Assembly: GCF_006345805.1 (NCBI RefSeq)
Contig: NW_021824163.1
Location: 1-19,882 of the forward strand
Origin: Octopus sinensis
Lineage: Eukaryota
Length of the DNA: 19,882 nt
Direction of reading: 5' to 3'
In this document: positions 12,611 to 19,882 of the stretch, piece after piece
Numbering within the stretch: the stretch's first letter is position 1
Layout: every line of letters starts with the position of its first letter
The notes under the pieces: generated by a model
Told to the model about the DNA's origin: nothing
The model's database searches: none
What the model saw: only the letters and a program-made list of their open reading frames with translations
Made by a program: the position numbers and the translations under genes

Positions 12611-13136
12611 TACACACATACACACATACACACATAAACACTCATACATACATACATACAAACATACTTACATACATACATGCATACATATATAAAATCA
12701 TATATACATACATACATACACACATACTCACATACATACATAGAGACATACATACACACATACAAACATACACACATACACACACACATTTCATACATAC
12801 ACACATACATACATGTGTGTATGTATGTACGTGTGAATGTACTTATATATGCACGTATGTGTATATATATTCCTATGCGTGTACGTATATATATATATGT
12901 GTACATATATATATATGTGTATATATATGTATGTGTGTATGTATGTTTTATGTACATGTATATGTACGTATGTACCTATGTATGTCTGTAGGTACATAAA
13001 TTTATACATGCATACATTCTTACATCCATAAATACATTTATACATACATACATTCATATATACATTCAATTATGCATACATGCATACATACATAAATAGT
13101 TACATGCAAACATATTTACATACATACATTCATATA

Positions 13137-13170
<34 letters not shown>

Positions 13171-13186
13171 CATACATACATACATG

Positions 13187-13250
13187 TTCCTGTGTTGGTA
13201 ATTATACCTTTCCTAAACAAAATGGCAATACTTTTTGACACACTCTCGTA
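13187..13250 (-). mobile_element. Solo mariner-like terminal inverted repeat with TA target
   Basis: Minus strand TA|CGAGAGTGTGTCAAAAAGTATTGCC resembles CGAGGG..TCAAAAAGT-type mariner TIRs (recalled consensus). No partner TIR seen. Confidence 0.5.
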
Positions 13251-13995
13251 CGTACATACATACTTACAAACATACATACACACATACATACATACATACA
13301 TAAGTACGTACACACATACCCATATACATACACATATACATATAAACATATATACACACATACATATACACATGCATACATACGTACATACACATACACA
13401 TATAGATGCATACACTCATACATACACAAATACATGTATATATACACATATATATACATACATATATGCACACATACATATATGCACACATACATACACA
13501 TATACATACACACACATACATATACACAAAACATACAATCTTACATACACACATACATGCACACATATGTACACACATACATATATACGGACGTATATAT
13601 GTACATACATATACGCTTGCTACATACATACGTACATACGCACATACATATATACATACATACGCACATACATTCATAAACACACACCACATATATATAC
13701 ACGCATGCTACATACATAAATACATACACACAGACATACGTACGCAGATACATAGATACATACATTTAAACATACATGCATAAACACAGTCATGCATATA
13801 TACATCCATACGTACACACATATATATGTACATACATGTATACATACACACATACATTTGCTCATAGATGCATAGATACGAGCATGCATACATACATAGG
13901 CACCTACATGCAAGTATGCATCTATACATATATACATACACACATGCATTTCTACATATACACACATACATACACACATACTTACATATATAAAT
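13251..13995. repeat. Compound microsatellite block
   Basis: Low complexity; shares specific words with 6745-7570. Confidence 0.9.
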
Positions 13996-14998
13996 GCAGC
14001 CCCCTTTTTTATGGCAGCCCCCTTTTTATCGAGTATGGCCATAGCACGAAGCCTAACTGTTACTGGTTCTGTGATCGAATGTGACTTTTCAGCCCAGCCA
14101 AAGATCTACAACGTCTTGTACAGAATTGGCAGCTATAACCTTTTCTGGAAATAGTCGGCTGTAGTTGTAACTGGGCTTCATGTACCTTTGCATGTCGTTT
14201 AAGTCCTGCTGAATTACACTCTCTTCCACATGCCCGACAGATATGATTAGTATGGTTTGTTACACCACCACCAGTGGCCAGGTTGCCACTCATCTGTCTC
14301 GTTTTATGACTACGAAGATGACTCATCAGTCCAGCTTTACTGAGGCAGGGTCTTGCACAAATATTGCATGTCAGAATCAAAGGAAGACCCTTCCCTTCTG
14401 GAAGTGTAACAGCGATGCCTTTCCTGACATATCTCCTTACTTTCTCATGTGCAACTCGAGATTTCTCAAAAGTGGCTGTCCCTTCAGGCACAATCCTTCT
14501 CCACCTGCTACGATCAATGTCTTCCCATGTGTCAGGAGAGATGCAAGCATCTCTTAAGTAAGCCTTCAGCAAGTCCTTATATCTCTTTTTTGGTTAATGT
14601 GGAGGTCGTTCTCCTTTAGCTAATCCATCTGAGGAGCCTTTGCTTTAACAACGAGATCTTCTATACTTTCACACCGAGAGCCTTCGAGTATTTCAAGATC
14701 ACTGATGCGGTCATTCCACTTAATGCCATAGATCCATCTGAGGCACATCTGATGGAAACGGTCCAGCTGTTTAAGGTGGTATCGATATGCGACCCACCTC
14801 TCGCAGGCATAGAGAATAAAAGGGAGCACACATGCCTTGTACGCCTTTATCTTTGTCTTTCTGCATATATCTCGCCGACTCCAGAGGCGCTTTTCTAGCC
14901 TTCCGAAAGCAACACTTGCTTTCCTAATTCTATATGGAATTTCATCATCCACATTGCCATATCTATTAATAGTGCTTCCCAGGTAGACAAACTGATCG
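13996..14998 (-). mobile_element. 5'-truncated RTE-clade (BovB-like) LINE with three C-terminal C2H2-like fingers
   Basis: VDQFVYLGSTI, DDEI..RIRKASVAFGRLEKRLW, TKIKAYKACVLPFILYACE.W, LDRFHQMCLR.I.GIKWNDRISDLEIL, LRWI / KGERP..PKKRYKD (internal deletion), WEDI.DRS.WR, then CxxC...H motifs and a 3' UTR with a duplicated terminal motif. Confidence 0.92.
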
Positions 14999-15035
14999 AC
15001 TAATATTATAATATTATATAATATAATATTTCAAA

Positions 15036-15908
15036 AAAACTGTATGATAGATTGCCGTTAATTAATTCTCTTTTACCTGTTTGTGTTTGCCTTTCAAATG
15101 CTGTGCCTTTACTGTGATCTTCCTTTTAGTAGAAGAAATAGCTATAATCTCTTTGACTGCTATTTCTACATTCGGTGTGTGGTAAGGCAATTCGTTGCTA
15201 AACCCTTAATTGCTTAGTATTACTTAAAGTTTCCTCGAATGAGGCTTTACACATGCCGAAGACTACTTGGTGTAATTGATAATTGTTCCAAATTAATTAA
15301 TTTCACCTTCATTGTTACTCATAAACCATATCCATCCCAGTAAATGACCACAGCCCTTTGTCTTTTGGCTACACGCGTGGCAAGGGACTGGTGACACAAG
15401 CTTTCATTCATACTTTGATTTGGTGATACTAGCTGTGGCTTCTAGCTCGCTCTGATACTGGGTTGAGTTGGTGCCTTCTAGTATCTCAAAATTCAATATT
15501 CAATCATTCATGATTGTTTGTATCCTGCGCTGATGAAAGAAGAAGTCTGGGTAAGTAGAGTTATCTAATTCTTATGCTTTCCTAAGACTTGATCTCGAAA
15601 CGTACGTCCGTAGGTGACTTAAAACTGTATGATAGATTGCCGTTAATTCATTCTCTTTTACCTGTTTGTGTTTGCCTTTCAAATGCTGTGCCTTTACTGT
15701 GATCTTCCTTTTAGTAGAAGAAATAGCTATAATCTCTTTGACTGCTATTTCTACATTCGGTGTGTGGTAAGGCAATTCGTTGCTAAACCCTTAATTGCTT
15801 AGTATTACTTAAAGTTTCCTCGAATGAGGCTTTTACATGCCGAAGACTACTTGGTGTAATTGATAATTGTTCCAAATTAATTAATTTCACCCTTCATTGT
15901 TACTCATA
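15036..15908 (+). mobile_element. Non-autonomous Penelope-like pLTR / retrozyme-like element (~1.5 copies of a 585-bp unit)
   Basis: 288-bp direct repeats 15036-15323 and 15621-15908 (3 small differences), a hammerhead just before the second repeat, AT-only run on the left and (TA)n on the right, no credible ORF. Confidence 0.7.
15524..15614 (+). ncRNA. Type I hammerhead ribozyme motif
   Basis: Stem I CCUGCG(15524-29)/CGUAGG(15609-14); CUGAUGA 15530-36; long stem II (AGA/UCU, AAGUCU/AGACUU, UAAG/CUUA, UAGA/UCUA); GAAA 15597-600; palindromic stem III ACGUACGU; GUC cleavage triplet 15606-08. Position 10.1-11.1 is A-C instead of G-C. Confidence 0.85.
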
Positions 15909-15961
15909 TATATATATATATATATTGATATGCAGTTCAGCATATGTACCCTCATAGAGTG

Positions 15962-16351
15962 GGATACATTCGGTTTGAACGGCAGTTTCTTAAAAATAAT
16001 TTCCACGTAACTAAACTTTTAAACTACGTATAATGGTAGAATGTGTTTATAAAACATCTTTTTCTCTTGGCTTTATTGGGAAAAGTCTATGGTTTCTAAG
16101 ATATTTGTTGTTTTTTTCTTTCAATTTCTGCAATTTCAACCAATCAATGACGTCTATTGAGGTAAAAAAAAAAACATTCTGTGCCGTATGAATATGTCCC
16201 TCGTTTAAGAAACAGATTGCGTTTATTTACATTTCTGAAAAAAAAGATACCCTTCCCCCACCCCTAACCCTAAAATACTAGGGTCATAATTATGGGTGAC
16301 AATTTCATATGACACTGCTAGAAAACACTGCCGTTCAAACCGAAAAGATCC
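15962..16351. mobile_element. MITE-like element with ~28-bp imperfect terminal inverted repeats
   Basis: Left ggatacattcggtttgaacggcagtttct; right reverse-complement ggatcttttcggtttgaacggcagtgttt. Non-coding interior; no TSD identified. Confidence 0.75.
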
Positions 16352-16561
16352 ATTCGCATATATAAGACACTTAACCCTATGAACGACTCAGCACCCTTAA
16401 TGACGGGGGGGGGCATATACCTCTTGAAGCTGGCGGTAGAAATCCATTAGGGGCAGGTAATTAGTAAACAAATAATAAACCTTGTCGATCGGCAAGCTCG
16501 AGTATTCTCCCTTTGACCAGTCCAGTAAGCAAGGCCCTTATACGCCGCAGTGACGAATGCT

Positions 16562-17556
16562 GTCCCCCCCGCTCTGCTCTCTCTATCATTCCTATCCCTC
16601 CTCCCTCCCTCCCTCTATATATCCCATGATCTCACTAGTCTCTGCCTCCCGCTACCTTCTCGCGTTTCCTTGGCAATGTCCTGCCACTTATATCGTAGCC
16701 TCCCTCTACCTCCACGCTATTCCCCCCCCTCCCACTTGCTGCCATTTCTCTCTCTCTCTCTCTCTCTCTTCCTTTTACTCTATCAATCACCCTTTCTATT
16801 TTCTGCCCTCCCCCCCGACACTTCACATTATCGTTCTCCTGCTCTCTCTAGCACTCTCTCTCTCTTCCCTCACGCTTCCTCTTTCTCCTTCTCCCCTCCT
16901 CTCTCTCTCTCTAACCATGCATCTCCTCTACAGCAACACACTTGCTTCCGTCCTCGTTCTCTCTCTCTCCCTCTCTCTCCCTCTCCTCTTTCATTTTCTC
17001 TCTCTCCCTCTGTCTTTCCTCCTCTCTCCCTCTGTCTCTCGCCCTTTCGTCGCCCCCTCCCCTCGCCCTCTTTCCGCTCTTTTCTCTCCGTCTTCTCTCC
17101 GTCTCCCCTCTCTCTCTCCATCTCTCCTCCCTCCCACCCTCCCTCCCACTCTGTCTCATCTCCTCTCTCCCTCCCTCTTCCTCTCTCTGCTCTGCCTCTG
17201 CTCTCTCACTCTATCCCTCTCATTCCTACCCCTCTCCCTCCCATCCCTCTCCCACTCCCACCCTCTCTCACTCTTACTTCCGCCCTGCCCTTTCTCCCTT
17301 TCTCCCTTTCTCTCCATCTCTCCCACCCTCTCCCCCTCTTACTCACACCCCTCCCTCCCTCTTTCCCTTCACTATTTCTCCCCTCTTTCCCTTCACTGTC
17401 ACCTTCACTCTATCTGGCTGAGTAACCTTGTACCTCCCCTACAGCTACCCACCTGTTTTCTGTTTTCTGTCTCACTCTAACCTTTCCTCATCCGACACAA
17501 GATCCCCTCCTTAAATGTCCCCTCCCCTCCCCTCTCAGAATTCCTTGTCTTCTTCC
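16562..17556 (+). repeat. ~1 kb degenerate (CT)n/(CCT)n polypyrimidine tract
   Basis: Plus strand is overwhelmingly C/T; the P/L/S-rich ORFs here are compositional artefacts. Confidence 0.95.
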
Positions 17557-17574
17557 AAGTTTTTGGTGACCCTG

Positions 17575-17634
17575 CCGGTGCTGGTGCCACATAAAAGCAC
17601 TCGGTCCATTCTGCTGAGTGGTTGGTGTTAGGAA
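17575..17634 (+). mobile_element. Short fragment of a SINE-like repeat
   Basis: gctggtgccacataaaagcac...agtggttggtgttaggaa resembles a common octopus interspersed repeat (recalled, not verified). Confidence 0.35.
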
Positions 17635-17635
17635 A

Positions 17636-18150
17636 GTTTTATCAAATGTATGTCGTCTGCACTGGATGACGTTGTATGGAAAGATGAAATAAATGATAGG
17701 GAATCGTCTGATGTTGACTATGAATCTGACGATGACGGAGATTTACACTACAATGATGCTGACATGTTTACGGGGGAACAAATAGAACAGTTATTTGATG
17801 CTGAAAGAGAGGTTGAATTTGAAGGATTTGAATAAATGACTTTGCTTTTGTAACTGATAGTGATAAATATGTAAAGGCATTTACTTAATATTTATTTTTC
17901 ACTGACGTTATTACTGTTATTTCTTTATTTTCTACAAACAAAATGCACAAAAAAGCTACATGTTTGCATTATGTTATGTATACAATAATAATTAAGGACG
18001 TTACCATATACCTTTTTACAAAGCAAGGACATTTTATAGACCTCCTTGACTCAAGTTATACACAAGGTTTAGGTTTCTCAGAGGTACAGTCCCCTAAAAA
18101 TCCCCTACGTATTATACTGAAGGGCGGAATATATTCGAGGATTTACGGTA
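17636..18150 (+). mobile_element. 3' end of a pogo/Tigger-like DNA transposon (acidic transposase tail plus right TIR)
   Basis: FIKCMSSALDDVVWKD...LFDAEREVEFEGFE* resembles pogo C-termini. Right end gggcggaatatattcgaggatttacgg|ta is the reverse complement of a TACCGTAAATCCTCGA-type TIR. Confidence 0.65.
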
Positions 18151-18229
18151 AGGCGTCCAGAATATGGCAAATGCCTAAGGAGGGTTTTCTCTCGGTTGCA
18201 CGTCGCTGAACGGTTTCCAGCTGGTTTTC

Positions 18230-18303
18230 AGTCGAATAAATCGACTAAATTTGTTCGAGGTGTTGCTCCAGCATAACCACGGCCCAACAACTGGAATAAA
18301 GAT
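18230..18303 (+). mobile_element. 3' tail fragment of a related SINE
   Basis: tcgactaa...tgttgctccagcataaccacgg parallels tcgactaaagtcggtgctctagcatggccacag at 18647-18678. Confidence 0.5.
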
Positions 18304-18305
18304 GA

Positions 18306-18713
18306 AGGTAGGAGTGGCTGTGTGGTAATAGCTAGCTTGCTTACCAACCACATGGTTCCAGGTTCAGTCCCACTACGTGGCACCTTGGGCAAGTGTCTTC
18401 TACTATAGTCTTTGGCCGACCAAAGCCTTGTGAGTGGATTTGGTAGATGGAAACTGAAAGAAGCCCGTCGTATATATGTTATAAAATGTATGTGTGTGTA
18501 TGTGTTTGTGTGTCTGTGTTTGTCTCCCAACATCGCTTCACAACCGATGCTGGTGTGTTTACGTCTCCGTACTTAGCGGTTCGGCAAAAGACAACCGATA
18601 GAATAAGTACTGGCTTACTAAGAATAAGTCCTGGAGTCGATTTGCTCGACTAAAGTCGGTGCTCTAGCATGGCCACAGTAAAATGACTGAAACAAGTAAC
18701 AGAGTAAAAGAGT
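18306..18713 (+). mobile_element. tRNA-derived SINE, near full length
   Basis: Pol III A-box-like tggctgtgtgg (18315-25), B-box-like ggttcagtccc (18361-71), ccttgggcaag core, internal (TG)n, tail aaatgactgaaacaagtaacagagtaaaagagt. Confidence 0.85.
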
Positions 18714-18734
18714 ATATATGTATATATATATTAT

Positions 18735-18934
18735 TTCAACAATTGAGGGTAAAATTATTAATTATTAATCATTTCACCAGGTATTCAGTATGTAACGGGA
18801 CCATTTAAGGCGAATTTCAAAATATTACATTTTATAAAGGGCTTAGTAAAATAAAGTACTTTGCCAGTGTGTACATGTGGCAAAGTTCAGTATGTGGCAA
18901 AATAATTTCTTTACTAAGCCCTTTATAATATGTA

Positions 18935-18941
<7 letters not shown>
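18735..18941. repeat. TA-flanked element fragment with a 48-bp-arm fold-back; related to the end of the hammerhead element
   Basis: Inverted arms 18819-18866 and 18895-18941. 18738-18795 aligns, with gaps, to the reverse complement of 15838-15901. Confidence 0.6.
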
Positions 18942-19001
<60 letters not shown>

Positions 19002-19038
19002 ATATATACTATATACATACATATATATATATATATAT
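18942..19038. repeat. (TA)n microsatellite
   Basis: Direct reading. Confidence 0.98.
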
Positions 19039-19041
19039 CTC

Positions 19042-19570
19042 AACTAGCATTAAAGACCCGTCGTTGCCGGTTATAGTTCTAGTGCATGTATATATATGCA
19101 TATGTATGTACATGTACATGTACATCTATATGTAACATTTACACATAAAATACAAAATACAAAGTTATATTTTTGATATCGCTGTGATAACAATACACAA
19201 AATATATAACAGACTGGAATTGTTAGCCCGTCTCTTGTACTTTCGATCAATTGTATCTTGTCCTCCGTTTTGTATAGAAGTGTGGCTACAATCCAGCCTA
19301 TCTCTACTTCTGGTGGGGGGAGGGTGCATTTAAATTTTTTTTTTTCCGGGACGTCCACGTCCCAGATATAAAGGTAAAGATAGAATATTTCCACTTGTGC
19401 AAGTTCGAGTCGAGTACTCCCCTTGCAACGCTCCGTTGACTCAACCTTGCTTCTATTGTGGCGAATTTTCCGCCTCTGATTAGATACCTTTCATATCGCA
19501 CCACGACATTTTTCGAAGTGTCTTTCCTCCATGTGTTCAAATCTCCTTTTTTCTCTACATTGTATACTTT
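19042..19570 (+). mobile_element. Possible non-autonomous Helitron/Helentron-like element
   Basis: Starts ACTAGCATTAAAGACCCGTCGTTGCCGG, like the ACTAG..CCCG..CGG starts of such elements (recalled), followed by a short microsatellite. The right boundary is a guess. Confidence 0.3.
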
Positions 19571-19882
19571 ATAGACAATAGTCTTTTCTTTAATTTAGTT
19601 TTGTATTATCCATCTGGACTATTCCATTTCTTCACACTAATTTTTATTTTCTTTATTCCCATTCATGTGAAACCACTTATTCAAGTTTCAATCATTGATG
19701 CAAATTTACTTTTGTTAGTTTACTTTCGTTGATTTTAATTATTACTTACTACATTCAATTCAATTGTATTATTATTTTTATTGTTAAAGTGAAAGTATCT
19801 GACATAAAATAGAGAAACGTTTTTGTTTCACTTTTAACACGTAATACTGAAATAGTGGAGAAGATATGATGTTGCTATGGGC

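Larger units (their letters stand above)
8673..13186 (+). repeat. Copy 2 of the large direct duplication
   Basis: Collinear with 1-4349. Similarity ends at (TACA)n-tg at 13186 vs 4349. Confidence 0.95.

Noticed and set aside
240-13995. Dozens of His/Thr/Tyr/Ile- or Met/Cys/Val/Tyr-rich ORFs
   Set aside because: Translations of RY microsatellite, which lacks stop codons in several frames; no protein motifs.
14290-14332. CUGAUGA on the minus strand as a second hammerhead
   Set aside because: No GAAA/stem III/UH arrangement follows; it is RTE coding sequence (GLMSH).
15572-15775. 67-aa minus-strand ORF over the direct repeat
   Set aside because: No recognisable RT, GIY-YIG or other motif; antisense to the ribozyme.
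15036-15908. Classical LTR retrotransposon or TRIM
   Set aside because: Repeats lack TG...CA ends, and no PBS, PPT or 4-6 bp TSD was seen.
16256-16275. Interstitial telomeric repeat
   Set aside because: Only about two CCCTAA-like units, inside a MITE.
16371-16400. TTAACCCT piggyBac-like end
   Set aside because: No matching opposite terminus found.
16550-17480. Long 291-aa and 307-aa Pro/Leu/Ser ORFs and Glu/Arg antisense ORFs
   Set aside because: A pyrimidine-only tract cannot encode stops; compositional artefact.
17650-17835. Acidic ORF as a host exon
   Set aside because: Better explained as a pogo-like transposase tail followed by a matching TIR at 18150.
18306-18385. tRNA gene
   Set aside because: A/B boxes belong to a SINE head; no complete cloverleaf.
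1-19882. CRISPR array or prokaryotic operon
   Set aside because: No constant repeat with unique spacers and no gene-dense organisation; the sequence is eukaryotic repeat DNA.

Overview
Eukaryotic, gene-poor, repeat-dense window. It is probably from an octopus or other coleoid, inferred from the SINE and repeat types recalled from memory. No intact host gene is supported, and almost all supplied ORFs are translations of (TACA/CA/TA)n microsatellite or a CT tract. Contents: a duplicated block of at least 4.3 kb (1-4349 vs 8673-13186); decayed LINE fragments (L1/Tx1, CR1, RTE); Tc1, mariner and pogo DNA-transposon remnants; a MITE; tRNA-type SINEs; and a 1 kb polypyrimidine tract. The most interesting signal is at 15036-15908. 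This is a non-coding ~1.5-mer of a 585-bp unit sitting between AT/TA runs. It contains a near-canonical type I hammerhead ribozyme (15524-15614) with a palindromic stem III, which is the architecture of a Penelope-like pseudo-LTR or retrozyme. A diverged relative of its end, with a fold-back, lies at 18735-18941.
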